Shown here: positions 1 through 9,707 of the stretch, piece by piece | How positions within the stretch are numbered: position 1 is the first letter of the stretch | How the letters are laid out: every line of letters begins with the position of its first letter | Assembly: GCA_905193155.1 (NCBI GenBank) | Contig: CAJJNQ010000010.1 | Span: 378 to 64,377 of the forward strand | Reading direction: 5' to 3' | Source: an uncultured Christensenella sp. | Lineage (GTDB): Bacteria; Bacillota; Clostridia; Christensenellales; UBA1750 | Length of the DNA stretch: 64,000 bases | The notes under the pieces: model-generated | Seen by the model: the letters and a program-made list of their open reading frames with translations, nothing else | Told to the model about the DNA's origin: nothing | Database searches by the model: none | Translations under genes and position numbers: made by a program

Positions 1-2
1 CC

Positions 3-227
3 TATGCGCCCTATGAATATACCTTCACCAACCTTCAGCCCGGCGAACATGAGGTGGGCATCACGGTCTATGGCAACCGCGTCAACGGCTTTGGCTGCGT
101 GCACAACTGCGACGATTCCACCAGCTGGTTTGGCCCGGATTGTTGGAGAAGCGAGGGCGTTCGCTGGTGCTATGAGTACCGTCTGCGCAAGAGCGGCCTG
201 CTCGTCAGCCCGCAGATCGAGAAGTAA
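3..227 (+). CDS. 3' end of a gene entering from the left window edge; product unknown (Cys/Trp-rich C-terminal domain)
   Basis: Frame 3 is open from the edge to TAA at 225-227 with GC-rich third positions (..YGNRVNGFGCVHNCDDSTSWFGPDCWRSEGVRWCYEYRLRKSGLLVSPQIEK*). The ORF-track frame 4..255 is Ser/Arg/Ala-rich and looks off-frame. Confidence 0.45.
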   Translation, partial: YAPYEYTFTNLQPGEHEVGITVYGNRVNGFGCVHNCDDSTSWFGPDCWRSEGVRWCYEYRLRKSGLLVSPQIEK

Positions 228-251
228 TGGCAAAGAGAGGAAGAGACAGCT

Positions 252-1787
252 ATGAAAACCATACTCGGCATCGATATCGGCACATCCGGCACCAAGACCA
301 TTCTGGTGGACGATCAGGGCCGTGTCATCGCCGCCAAGACCATTGAATATCCGATGGAAACGCCTAAGCCCGGTTGGACGCAGCAGAATCCGCAGGATTG
401 GTGGGCTGCTTCGGTGGAATCCATTCGCGCGGTGCTGGCAAAGGCCAATGTGCCCGCACAGGACATCGCTGCCATCGGATTGTCCGGCCAGATGCACGGC
501 ATGGTAGCGCTGGACGAGTATGACCAGGTTGTTCGCCCCGCCATTCTCTGGAACGACCAGCGCACCGAAAAGCAGTGCGAGGAGATCACCGAAGCGGCGG
601 GCGGTCTGGAGGAGCTGCTCAAGCTCACCAACAACCGCATGCTCACCGGCTATACCGGCGGCAAGATCCTCTGGATGAAGGAAAACGAGCCGGAAAACTT
701 TGCAAAGACCCGCGTGATTCTCAATCCCAAGGATTATATCCGCTTCATGCTCACGGGAGAAAAGGCCACGGAGGTGGCGGATGCTTCCGGCACCGGCTTC
801 TTTGACGTGAAGAACCGCGTTTTCAGCGACGAGCTGATCGCCAAGCTCGGCCTGCCGCGTTCGCTCTTCCCCAGGTGCTATGAATCCTATGAGGTTGCAG
901 GCACCGTGACCGAAGAGGTCGCCAAACTCACCGGTCTGCGCGCAGGGCTGCCCGTGACAGCCGGCGGCGGCGATGCAGTGATTCAAACCACCGGCACCGG
1001 CCTGGTTCGTCAGGGCGTGCTCGGCGTGGTCATCGGCACCTCCGGCGTGGTGGCGATGGGTCTGGACGGTTTCAAGGAGAACAAGGGCGGCCAATTGCAG
1101 GTGTTCTGCAACAACGCCAAGCATCTATGGCACGCCATGGGCGTGACGCTGGCGGCGGGCGGTTCCTATCGCTGGTATCGCGATACGCTGTGCAAGGCCG
1201 AGATGGAGGAGGCGGCGCGCACCGGCCGCAACGTCTACGACATCATGGGCGAGGAGGCTGAAAAGGTCGCGCCCGGCTGCGGCGGGCTGATCTTTCTGCC
1301 GTATCTTTCCGGCGAGCGCTGCCCGCACTTTGATTCCGATGCGCGCGGTGTGTTCTATGGGCTGGGCCTGGAGCACGGAAAGGGCGCAATGACCCGCGCC
1401 GTGATGGAGGGCGTTACCTTCTCGCTGCGCGACGTTTCCGAGCGCATCTATGCGATGGATGCTTCCATCAAGCCCGAAAAGGTGATCCTCTCCGGCGGCG
1501 GTGCGATGAGCCCGCTCTGGCGGCAGATCGTAGCGGATGTGTTCAACCTGCCCGTGGTGACGGTCTCCGGCAGCGGCGAGGGCGGCGCTTACGGCGCAGC
1601 GCTGGTTGCGGGCGTGGGCGTCGGCATCTGGAAGGATCTGATCGAAGCCAGCTCTGTGCTGCGCGAGGAAACCCGCACCCTGCCCATCCCCGAAAACGTC
1701 GCGGTCTATGACAAGACCTTCGCGCTCTACGACAAGGTCTATCTGGCGCTCAAGGATTCTTTTAAGGAGCTTACCGCCGTTCGGTGA
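252..1787 (+). CDS. xylB: xylulokinase (FGGY carbohydrate kinase family)
   Basis: N-terminus MKTILGIDIGTSGTK; FGGY-like layout; C-terminal GGGAMSPLWRQI motif; RBS GAGAGGAAG upstream. Confidence 0.85.
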   Translation: MKTILGIDIGTSGTKTILVDDQGRVIAAKTIEYPMETPKPGWTQQNPQDWWAASVESIRAVLAKANVPAQDIAAIGLSGQMHGMVALDEYDQVVRPAILWNDQRTEKQCEEITEAAGGLEELLKLTNNRMLTGYTGGKILWMKENEPENFAKTRVILNPKDYIRFMLTGEKATEVADASGTGFFDVKNRVFSDELIAKLGLPRSLFPRCYESYEVAGTVTEEVAKLTGLRAGLPVTAGGGDAVIQTTGTGLVRQGVLGVVIGTSGVVAMGLDGFKENKGGQLQVFCNNAKHLWHAMGVTLAAGGSYRWYRDTLCKAEMEEAARTGRNVYDIMGEEAEKVAPGCGGLIFLPYLSGERCPHFDSDARGVFYGLGLEHGKGAMTRAVMEGVTFSLRDVSERIYAMDASIKPEKVILSGGGAMSPLWRQIVADVFNLPVVTVSGSGEGGAYGAALVAGVGVGIWKDLIEASSVLREETRTLPIPENVAVYDKTFALYDKVYLALKDSFKELTAVR

Positions 1788-1799
1788 TTCTGTGAACAT

Positions 1800-1829
1800 T
1801 TGACAAAGCGGCTCACTGTGTTGTAAAAT
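1800..1829 (+). promoter_or_regulatory. sigma-A-type promoter upstream of the topoisomerase pair
   Basis: TTGACA at 1800-1805, 18-nt spacer, TAAAAT at 1824-1829. Confidence 0.45.
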
Positions 1830-1928
1830 TAAATTTCGGACCACGGTTATCGGCTGTGATACGAAATTCATCAGCGCAGTGCGCCGCTTTTTTGCGCACA
1901 AAAATGAATTGCAGCGGAGGAGACGCGA

Positions 1929-3884
1929 ATGAGCAATTACAACGCGGGCGACCTGCAGGTGCTCAAGGGCCTGGACGCGGTGCGGATGCGCCCCGGAATG
2001 TACATCGGTACCACGGGCACAAAGGGTTTGCATCACCTGCTGTGGGAGATTGTGGATAACTCCATCGACGAGGCGGCAAACGGCTACGGCGACACAGTCC
2101 GTGTGACGCTCTATAAAGACGGAAGCGCCTCGGTGGAGGACAACGGCAGAGGCATTCCTGTCGATATCCACCCGCAGCTGGGCATCTCCGGCGTGGAGGT
2201 CGTCTATACGCAGCTGCACGCCGGCGGAAAGTTCTCCGGCAAAAACTATAATTATTCCGGCGGGCTGCACGGCGTGGGCGCGTCGGTCGTCAACGCCCTG
2301 AGCGAGTGGCTGGTCTGCGAATCTTACATCGGCTATACTGCTTACCGGCAGGAGTTTGCCTCCGTCTGGGATGAAAAGGAGAAAAAGATCATCTCCGGCA
2401 AGCCCATGACCCCGCTGGTCAAGATCGGCAACACCCGCAAAAAGGGCAGCAAGACCACCTTTTTGCCCGATAAGCGTGTGTTTGAGGATACGGTGTTCAA
2501 TCACGACACTGTGGATCGCCGTCTGCGCGAACTGGCGTATCTCAACAAGGGCGTTAGCATCGTGTTTACCGATGAGCGTCTGCCTGTCGCCGAGCGCGAG
2601 GTGACGTATTGCTATGAGGGCGGAATTGTGGATTACGTCCGTTATCTCAACGCGGAAAAGAATCCGCTGCACGAAGATGTGATCTATCTGGAAGGCGGAA
2701 AGGACGATTTCTATTATCGCTGTGCTCTTCAGTTGACCGACAGCTATACCGAGAGCATGTTTTCCTATGTCAATTCCATTCCCACCGGCGAGGGCGGCAC
2801 GCATGAAACGGGCTTCAAGGCCGCCTATACCCGCGCCATGAACGAATACGCCCGCCGCGTCGGCATCCTGAAGGAAAAGGATGCGAACCTCACAGGCGAC
2901 GATTACCGCGAGGGCATGACCGTGGTGCTGACCTGCTTTGTCAAAAATCCGCAGTTTGAGGGACAGACCAAGGGCAGACTCGGCAACAGCGAGGTGCGCC
3001 CGCTCATCGAGGGTCTGGTTTACGATCAGCTCAATGAATATTTGGAACATCTGAACCATCAGGAGACTGCGGCCAAGCTGATGGAGAAGGCCTGCGCCGC
3101 CGCTTCCGTGCGCGAAGCTGCACGCAAGGCCAAGGATATTGCCCGGCAAAAGTCCTCGCTGGAAGCAGCACCCCTGGTGGGCAAGCTGTCCTCCTGCACG
3201 GGACGGCGTCCGGAGGAAAACGAGCTGTTTATCGTCGAGGGTGATTCCGCAGGCGGTTCCGCTAAGCAGGGCCGCGACCGCCGCTTCCAGGCGATTCTGC
3301 CGCTGCGCGGAAAACCCCTCAATGCCGAAAAGAAGCGTCTGGATCAGGTGCTGATGAACGAGGAATTCCGCTCGCTGATCACCGCGTTGGGCACGGGCAT
3401 CGGGGAGGAGTTCAAGCTCAGTGCGCTCAAATATCACCGCATCATCATCTTGGCCGATGCGGATCAGGACGGCGCGCACATCCGCGCCATTTTGCTGACT
3501 TTCTTCTTCCGGTACATGAAGGAGCTGATCCTAAACGGCCATGTCTATATTGGCACCCCGCCGCTTTATCTGGTCAAGAAGGGGCAGATGAGCGAATATG
3601 TCTACGACGATAAGGCACTTCCTGCGGCGGTCAAGCGCATGGGCAAGGGCTATGCCATTCAGCGCTACAAAGGCTTGGGTGAGATGAACCCGGAGCAGCT
3701 CTGGGACACCACGATGAACCCCGCGCATCGCACGCTGGTGCAGGTGACGCTGGAGGACGCCGCGATGGCGGAGCGCATGGTCACGATCCTGATGGGCGAC
3801 AAGGTGGAGCCCCGCCGCGTCTACATCAGCGAACACGCGGATTTTAATAAGGAAGATCATTTCGAAGGGTGGGTGACGGGCTGA
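1929..3884 (+). CDS. parE: type IIA DNA topoisomerase ATPase subunit (ParE/GyrB family; topo IV B favoured)
   Basis: GHKL motif LHHLLWEIVDNSIDEA; Toprim motif IVEGDSAGGSAKQGRDR; PLRGK. It lies directly upstream of the A subunit (1-nt gap). ParE versus second GyrB is not resolved. Confidence 0.85.
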   Translation: MSNYNAGDLQVLKGLDAVRMRPGMYIGTTGTKGLHHLLWEIVDNSIDEAANGYGDTVRVTLYKDGSASVEDNGRGIPVDIHPQLGISGVEVVYTQLHAGGKFSGKNYNYSGGLHGVGASVVNALSEWLVCESYIGYTAYRQEFASVWDEKEKKIISGKPMTPLVKIGNTRKKGSKTTFLPDKRVFEDTVFNHDTVDRRLRELAYLNKGVSIVFTDERLPVAEREVTYCYEGGIVDYVRYLNAEKNPLHEDVIYLEGGKDDFYYRCALQLTDSYTESMFSYVNSIPTGEGGTHETGFKAAYTRAMNEYARRVGILKEKDANLTGDDYREGMTVVLTCFVKNPQFEGQTKGRLGNSEVRPLIEGLVYDQLNEYLEHLNHQETAAKLMEKACAAASVREAARKAKDIARQKSSLEAAPLVGKLSSCTGRRPEENELFIVEGDSAGGSAKQGRDRRFQAILPLRGKPLNAEKKRLDQVLMNEEFRSLITALGTGIGEEFKLSALKYHRIIILADADQDGAHIRAILLTFFFRYMKELILNGHVYIGTPPLYLVKKGQMSEYVYDDKALPAAVKRMGKGYAIQRYKGLGEMNPEQLWDTTMNPAHRTLVQVTLEDAAMAERMVTILMGDKVEPRRVYISEHADFNKEDHFEGWVTG

Positions 3885-3885
3885 T

Positions 3886-6306
3886 ATGGCGCGCAAGAAA
3901 AAGGACGATACCATCGAGCGCAACGAGATTATCCTGCAAAAGCCGATGGAGGACATCATGCGCGACAGCATGATTCCCTATGCGGAACACGTCATTCTCG
4001 AGCGCGCACTGCCGCGCGTGGAGGACGGCTTAAAGCCTGTGCAGCGCCGTATCCTCTACTCGATGCTGGAACTGGGCAACACGCCGGATAAGCCCTACCG
4101 CAAATGTGCCCGCATCGTGGGCGACTGCCTGGGTAAATATCACCCCCACGGCGATACCTCGGTCTACGATGCGCTGGTGCGTATGGCGCAGGATTTCAAT
4201 ATGCGCGGCGTGCTGATCGACGGTCATGGCAACTTCGGCTCCGTGGACGGCGATACCGCCGCCGCCATGCGTTACACCGAGGCGCGCATGGCGCCGCTGG
4301 CAATGGAGCTGCTGCGCGACTTGGAAAAAGACACGGTTTCCTTCTCGCTGAACTTTGACGATACCTTGAAGGAACCTGATATGCTTCCCGGCAGATTCCC
4401 CAATCTGCTGGTCAACGGGGCGTCGGGCATTGCGGTGGGTCTTGCCACCAATATTCCCACGCATAACCTGGGCGAGGCCATCGACGCAGTGATCGCCGTG
4501 ATGGATAATCCCAAGATCACGCTGGACGAGGTCATGCAGGTGCTGCCCGCACCGGATTTCCCCACCGGCGGCCTGCTGCTCAACACCGAGGAAATCCGTA
4601 AGGCTTACGAAACCGGCCGCGGCCGGCTGTTGCTGCGCGCCAAGGTCGAAATCGAGGAGGCCAATGCGGGCAAGAAGAATCTAGTCATCACGGAGCTGCC
4701 CTATCAGGTCAATAAATCCGCGCTGCTGGAGAAGATTCTCAAGCTGTCGGAGGAGAAAAAGGGCATTCTTTCAGGCATTTCCGACATCCGCGACGAATCC
4801 GACCGCACCGGTATGCGCGCGGTGATCGAGCTCAAACGCGACGTCGATGCGCAGAAGGTGTTGGCGCATCTCTACCGCGTGTCCGACCTGCAAATCACTT
4901 TCGGCGTGAACATGGTCGCCATTGCGGACGGCAAGCCCATGCAGCTGTCGCTGCTGGAGCTGATTCACCGCTATATTGCGCACCAGAAGAACGTCGTCAC
5001 CCGCCGCACGCAGTACGAGCTCAAGCAGGCGCAGGCCAGAGAGCATATCTTGAAGGGCCTGATGATCGCGGTGGATAACCTTGACGCGGTCATCAAGCTC
5101 ATCCGCGCCTCCAAGAACCCCAAGGAAGCGCGTGAGGGGCTGATGAAGAACTTCGGCCTGACCGAGATTCAGGCGCAGGCGATTCTCGATATGCGGTTGC
5201 AGCGCCTGACCGGACTGGAAATCGAGGCGCTGCGCAAGGAATACGCCGAAATCCTCAAGACCATCGCGCGTCTGGAAGGTATTTTGGGCAGCGAAAAGAA
5301 GCTGCTGCGCGTCATCCGCCAGGAAATGACGGATATCCGCGACCGCTTTGCCGATCCGCGCCGTACGCAGCTGATCGAGGACGTGCCGCTGGTGCAGGAG
5401 ACGCCGGAGGACAATGTCGTGATCGAGCCTTGCGTGCTCATCCGCACGCGCATGGGCTATCTTAAACGCCTGCAGCCCAAGGTGTACGCCAAAAAGGAGG
5501 AGACGGAGGACGCGCCCGATCAGATCTTTGAAACCATTACGGAGGAAAAGTTCCTGTTCTTCACCAATTTCGGCAACTGCTTTACGCTGACCGCCGAGCA
5601 GATTCCGGAGTGCAAATGGAAGGATCGCGGCCTTGCACCGACGGGCCTTCTGGCCGGACTGGAACATGGGGAAGAGGTCGTTGCGCTTCTGCCCCGCAGC
5701 GGCGCAGGGGAGAGCCTGCTCTTCGTCACGGCACGCGGACTGGTCAAGCGCACGCTTTCCTCCGAATACGGCGCACGCAAGGGGCGTGTGGCCGCCATCG
5801 GCCTGAAAGAGGGAGATGCGCTGCTGTGCGTGCTGCCCTTCAACGCGGAAGAAAACCTGATGCTGCTGACCGAGCGCGCCATGGCGATCCGTATCGACGG
5901 GACGGAAATCCCCGTCATCGGCCGCGCGGCTGCTGGGGTTCGCGGCATGGCGCTGGAGCCGGGGGACAAGGTCTGTTTTGCGGATTTTGTGCCCGATGCA
6001 GGCGAACTGGTGATGATGAGTGAGCGCGGCTACGCCAAGCGCTGCCTGTTGGTGGATTTCGAGGTGCAGCGCCGCGCGGGCAAGGGCGTCAAGGCCTTCT
6101 CGTTCAACAAAAACGGAGCGAACGGCAGCGGCGTGGTGTTTGCTTCTGTCGTCACGGAACCCTATACGCTGCACGTCCAACAGGCCGACCGCACCGTGAC
6201 CGATTTGGGCACAGAGGAAATTCTGATCGAGAGCAAGGCAGGGCGCGGCAAGCCCTATCTGGTCGCGCTGATGGATAACGTTGTGACCAAGTGCTGGAGG
6301 GATTGA
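3886..6306 (+). CDS. parC: type IIA DNA topoisomerase subunit A (ParC/GyrA family; topo IV A favoured)
   Basis: [14 protein letters not shown] and [10 protein letters not shown] (catalytic Tyr). There is no GyrA-box at the first C-terminal-domain blade, where the sequence reads [21 protein letters not shown]. Confidence 0.85.
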   Translation: MARKKKDDTIERNEIILQKPMEDIMRDSMIPYAEHVILERALPRVEDGLKPVQRRILYSMLELGNTPDKPYRKCARIVGDCLGKYHPHGDTSVYDALVRMAQDFNMRGVLIDGHGNFGSVDGDTAAAMRYTEARMAPLAMELLRDLEKDTVSFSLNFDDTLKEPDMLPGRFPNLLVNGASGIAVGLATNIPTHNLGEAIDAVIAVMDNPKITLDEVMQVLPAPDFPTGGLLLNTEEIRKAYETGRGRLLLRAKVEIEEANAGKKNLVITELPYQVNKSALLEKILKLSEEKKGILSGISDIRDESDRTGMRAVIELKRDVDAQKVLAHLYRVSDLQITFGVNMVAIADGKPMQLSLLELIHRYIAHQKNVVTRRTQYELKQAQAREHILKGLMIAVDNLDAVIKLIRASKNPKEAREGLMKNFGLTEIQAQAILDMRLQRLTGLEIEALRKEYAEILKTIARLEGILGSEKKLLRVIRQEMTDIRDRFADPRRTQLIEDVPLVQETPEDNVVIEPCVLIRTRMGYLKRLQPKVYAKKEETEDAPDQIFETITEEKFLFFTNFGNCFTLTAEQIPECKWKDRGLAPTGLLAGLEHGEEVVALLPRSGAGESLLFVTARGLVKRTLSSEYGARKGRVAAIGLKEGDALLCVLPFNAEENLMLLTERAMAIRIDGTEIPVIGRAAAGVRGMALEPGDKVCFADFVPDAGELVMMSERGYAKRCLLVDFEVQRRAGKGVKAFSFNKNGANGSGVVFASVVTEPYTLHVQQADRTVTDLGTEEILIESKAGRGKPYLVALMDNVVTKCWRD

Positions 6307-6308
6307 GT

Positions 6309-7022
6309 ATGGATATTCAAACCTATCTGAACCGCCCGATTCCCCGTTCGGACGATCGGGGATTGGGAAATCCTGTTCCCGATGCGGCAGAATGCGGCGA
6401 AGCAATTGTGGACATCACGAATGCGAACCCGCGCATTGCCTACGCTGCCAGCTATGCGGCGCGCGGTGTGCAGGGAGGGCTCGCGCACTGCTATGTGCGC
6501 GCGGGCGTTTACGAGCGGCTGAAAGCGGCGCTGGATTTGCTGCCGGAGGAATATTCCTTTCTGATTTACGATACGCTTCGCCCTCTGCGCGTGCAGGAAG
6601 CGCTGTTCGAGGAATACATCGAGGTGCTGAAAAAGGAACATCCGCAGGCGAACCGAGAGGAACTGGAGGAGATCTGCGACGAATTTGTAGCGAAACCCAG
6701 CAAAAATCAGCTGCGCCCGTCTTCCCATCAATCGGGCGGGGCAGTGGATCTGACGCTGTGCCGGAACGGAACGCCGCTGGACATGGGCACGGCGTTTGAC
6801 GAATTCGCGCCGATTGCCTATGCCGACGCCTTTGAAAAGCCCGGCATGGATGAAGCCGTCCGCCAAAACCGCCGTCTGCTGCACAACGTGATGTGCGACG
6901 TCGGATTCACCTTCTACGAATCGGAATGGTGGCATTTCAATTATGGAAACGAGAGCTGGGCACGGCGGAACTTCTGCGCGCCGATCTATTCCTTCTGCGC
7001 CGATGCGCCCGATTTGATCTGA
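6309..7022 (+). CDS. ddpX: D-alanyl-D-alanine dipeptidase (VanX/DdpX-type M15 zinc peptidase)
   Basis: SSHQSGGAVDL (SxHxxGxAxD), EWWHF and YDTLRP motifs. RBS GGAGGG precedes ATG 6309. The ORF-track start at 6291 overlaps parC and is less likely. Confidence 0.8.
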   Translation: MDIQTYLNRPIPRSDDRGLGNPVPDAAECGEAIVDITNANPRIAYAASYAARGVQGGLAHCYVRAGVYERLKAALDLLPEEYSFLIYDTLRPLRVQEALFEEYIEVLKKEHPQANREELEEICDEFVAKPSKNQLRPSSHQSGGAVDLTLCRNGTPLDMGTAFDEFAPIAYADAFEKPGMDEAVRQNRRLLHNVMCDVGFTFYESEWWHFNYGNESWARRNFCAPIYSFCADAPDLI

Positions 7023-7051
7023 AAAAGCGCGATTTCGCATCATTATACATT

Positions 7052-7097
7052 CAGGACTGCAATCCGAATCTAATTTGGGTGCAGTCCTGCATTTTTT
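7052..7097 (+). terminator. intrinsic terminator after the dipeptidase gene
   Basis: CAGGACTGC (7052-7060) pairs with GCAGTCCTG (7081-7089) and is followed by CATTTTTT. Confidence 0.7.
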
Positions 7098-7584
7098 ACT
7101 TGAAAAAAGAAGAAAGCAAAATAAGTAAAGAGAGAACGAATTAACAATGAAAGAGCAGAATAAAGCATGTAAAAAGAATGATATGAGCAATAAAAAAGAA
7201 AAACAAGCATCGAAAAAATAGAATGAATCTAAAAATCGATCATCAAATTCGATAAATCCATAAAAAATAAAAGAAATAAATAAAAAGGATGCGAGGGGAG
7301 GCTTTTGCATACTTAACAAAATTGCAGTTGCAAATTGAAAAAGACTGTGGTAAGGTATGCACTGTACTTAGCCAGACGGTGAACAAAGGGGTTCATCACC
7401 GCAGAGAGTGCTCTGTGCGCGGTGTAGCTGCAAATAGCCCGAAGGGAAGTCCTTTTTTTTAAGAAAAGGGGCTTGGTCGTCTGAAACAGGTACATGAAAT
7501 CGTCCGACTGGGCGCAGGGACTCCCTGCAGCATCCTTTGCATAGACGTGCATGACATCGGAAATATCATGGAGGAGGAACGACA

Positions 7585-9522
7585 ATGAAGAAGCTGATTG
7601 CTCTGGTGCTGTGCGCGCTGATGGTGTTGTCCTTGGCCGCCTGCTCCAGCAACACCCCTACGAATTCTGCGGCCCCGGCCGAGAGCGGCGCCGCAAACGG
7701 CGATGCCGCTGCGGAAGGCGAGCCGATGGTCTACAACGATCTGTACACCTCTGAGGTGGCGACGCTGAACTATTTGATCGCGTCTCAGCAGTGGGATCAG
7801 CAGGTCGCGGCCAATATCATCGATTCCCTGGTGGAAAACGATGAATACGGCAACATCATCCCCGGCCTTGCCGAGACCTGGGAAGTTTCCGACGACCAGC
7901 TGACCTGGACCTTCCACCTGCGCAAGGGCGTGAAGTGGTATGATTATCAGGGCAATGAGATGGCGGAAGTGACCGCCAACGATTTCGTCGCCGCCGCCAA
8001 GTACGTCATGACGGCTGAGAACGAGTCCCTGACCTATTCTCAGATCGCGTTCATCAAGAATGCGGATGCTTACTACAACAAGGAGATCACCGACTTTGAA
8101 GAGGTAGGCGTCAAGGCTCCTGACGATTACACGCTTGTGTACACCCTGGAGGCGCCCACGCCTTACTTCCTCTCCGGTTTGACCTACACCCCGTGGTTCC
8201 CGGCCTATGGTCCGCTGCTCGACGAGCTGGGCAAGGACTTCGGTACCTCCAACGACAAGCTCTACTACTGCGGCGCGTACATCCTCGCCGAGTATGAGCC
8301 CCAGGTCAAGCACAAGTACGTCAAGAACTACAACAACTGGGATGCGGACAAGATCTACATCACCGAGATCAACCGCCGCTACAATGCAGAAGCTGCGACC
8401 CTGGCGCCCAACATGGTGCTGCGCGGCGAAATCGACTACGCCGATATCTCCACCGATATCGTGGACGACTGGAAGGCCAACAACCCCCAGTACCTGTCCA
8501 AGAAGCGTCTGGACACCATGTGGTCCTATTTCTACTGCTTCAACTTCAATCCCACCTATGACGCTTCCTACAAGCCGGAAGATTGGCTCAAGGCTGTCAA
8601 CAACGAGAACTTCCGTCACTCCATCATGAGTGCTTTCGATCGTGCTTATGCGATCCGCGCTTTTGAGCCGGATGATCCCGAGTCCATCCTGCAGAACACC
8701 ATCACCCCTGAGACCTTCTGCTCCGATGGAACCACCGATTTCTCCCGTGAGCCCGCCCTGGCGGACAACGAGGCGAAGAATCTGTTCTTCAACGCCGACA
8801 AGGCGCTGGAATACAAGAAGGCTGCCATGGAAGAGCTTTCCGCTCAGGGCGTGACCTTCCCCATCACGATGGTGATGACCTATAAGTCCGGCGATTCCGA
8901 CTGGGAAAATGAGTACATCCTGGCTAAGCAGCAGATTGAATCTGTGCTGGGCACCGATTACGTTGTCTGCGAGCTCTACGCCGGTCCCTCTGAGTCGTTC
9001 CTGTCCGAGACCCGCCGCGCCGGTAAGTACAGCTTCATGCGCTGCAACTGGGGTGCTGACTACATCGATCCCCAGACCTGGACCGACCCCTTCGACGGCA
9101 AGGACAACCTCGATCCCGATACCGGCAAGTGCATCGGCAACTCCTACAACCGTATGGATGCCTACTACTACGATCCCGATAAGGCCGCTCTTTTCCCGGA
9201 GACCAATGCGATCCTGACCGAGTATTACACCAAGGTGGAGGAAGCAAAGGCGGAGGTTTCCGATACCGTCAAGCGTTATCAGCTCTTTGCCGAGGCGGAG
9301 GATATTCTCATCGAGCATGCGCTGGTCGTGCCGTACTACATCTCGCCCTCCACGTATGTGGCGACCAAGATCAACATCTTTGAAGGTCAGTACAGCCCGT
9401 CCGGCATCTCCCGTCTGCGCTTCAAGGGCCAGAAGGTTTCGGATCACTTCATCGATATGGATGAATATCAGAAGAACTACGACGCTTGGCTGGCTGTGAT
9501 TGAAAACGGCGGAGCAAAATAA
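7585..9522 (+). CDS. ABC transporter substrate-binding lipoprotein, family 5 (Opp/Dpp/MppA-like peptide binder)
   Basis: Lipoprotein signal MKKLIALVLCALMVLSLAAC (lipobox LAAC), then a Ser/Ala/Pro-rich linker. The protein is 645 aa with an SBP family 5-like sequence. RBS GGAGGAGGA. Confidence 0.9.
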   Translation: MKKLIALVLCALMVLSLAACSSNTPTNSAAPAESGAANGDAAAEGEPMVYNDLYTSEVATLNYLIASQQWDQQVAANIIDSLVENDEYGNIIPGLAETWEVSDDQLTWTFHLRKGVKWYDYQGNEMAEVTANDFVAAAKYVMTAENESLTYSQIAFIKNADAYYNKEITDFEEVGVKAPDDYTLVYTLEAPTPYFLSGLTYTPWFPAYGPLLDELGKDFGTSNDKLYYCGAYILAEYEPQVKHKYVKNYNNWDADKIYITEINRRYNAEAATLAPNMVLRGEIDYADISTDIVDDWKANNPQYLSKKRLDTMWSYFYCFNFNPTYDASYKPEDWLKAVNNENFRHSIMSAFDRAYAIRAFEPDDPESILQNTITPETFCSDGTTDFSREPALADNEAKNLFFNADKALEYKKAAMEELSAQGVTFPITMVMTYKSGDSDWENEYILAKQQIESVLGTDYVVCELYAGPSESFLSETRRAGKYSFMRCNWGADYIDPQTWTDPFDGKDNLDPDTGKCIGNSYNRMDAYYYDPDKAALFPETNAILTEYYTKVEEAKAEVSDTVKRYQLFAEAEDILIEHALVVPYYISPSTYVATKINIFEGQYSPSGISRLRFKGQKVSDHFIDMDEYQKNYDAWLAVIENGGAK

Positions 9523-9540
9523 AAACGTAAAGTAGTTTTT

Positions 9541-9603
9541 AGGGGATTTTCCCCTGGAAAATCGCATTTGTGCAGAAGAACCCCTGTTGCGGCAGGGGTT
9601 CTT
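9541..9603 (+). promoter_or_regulatory. two intercistronic stem-loops after the binding-protein gene (no U-tract)
   Basis: AGGGGATTTTCCCCT at 9541-9555. AAGAACCCCTG (9576-9586) pairs with CAGGGGTTCTT (9593-9603). Probably an mRNA-stabilising or partial-termination element. Confidence 0.5.
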
Positions 9604-9707
9604 GGCACAATGACATTTACATTGAGCCGCGGAGGCTGTACAATGAGATAGCGGCGGTGCGCATCCTGTTTATGACGCATCCCCTAAAATACAAGGGGGC
9701 TGACACA

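Noticed and set aside
4-255. ORF-track entry of 83 aa at the left edge.
   Set aside because: Its composition is off-frame-like (Ser/Arg/Ala-rich). Frame 3 (3..227) has GC-rich third positions and a sensible protein-like sequence, so the real gene tail is in that frame.
1860-1900. GC hairpin plus T6 (GTGCGCCGCTTTTTTGCGCAC region) read as a xylB terminator or topoisomerase leader attenuator.
   Set aside because: The stems are short (4-6 bp) and ambiguous. The element lies downstream of the predicted promoter, so its role cannot be decided from sequence alone.
1125-3479. A very long antisense ORF (784 aa). Similar ones occur at 4771..6405, 7459..9567, 10469..11656, 21914..23062, 23007..24446, 31813..33510, 46550..47836 and 60106..61347.
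   Set aside because: All lie opposite well-supported genes with clear family motifs. They are Arg/Ala/Gly/His-rich and lack an RBS. Long antisense frames of this kind are the usual artefact in GC-rich coding DNA.
6040-6100. QRRAGKG heptad in the topoisomerase A subunit as a GyrA-box.
   Set aside because: It sits in a late C-terminal-domain blade rather than at the canonical blade-1 position. Similar basic-Gly motifs recur in ParC/GyrA blades. The canonical position lacks the box.
7147-7221. A 24-codon Lys-rich mini-ORF (MKEQNKACKKNDMSNKKEKQASKK) inside the A-rich tract.
   Set aside because: It is the expected by-product of A-rich sequence. The SD is weak and there is no supporting context.
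6255-7319. A minus-strand ORF whose first 75 or so residues are Phe/Leu/Ser-rich and look like a small membrane protein.
   Set aside because: The hydrophobicity is simply the translation of the T-rich complement of the A-rich spacer. There is no SD upstream of 7319 or 7310. The frame runs on antisense through the dipeptidase gene.
7320-7584. A possible T-box or other riboswitch in the importer leader.
   Set aside because: I cannot find the conserved T-box sequence (..GGGTGGTACCGCG-like), a convincing terminator/antiterminator pair, or core motifs of riboswitch classes I know. It is kept only as an unassigned leader in the findings.
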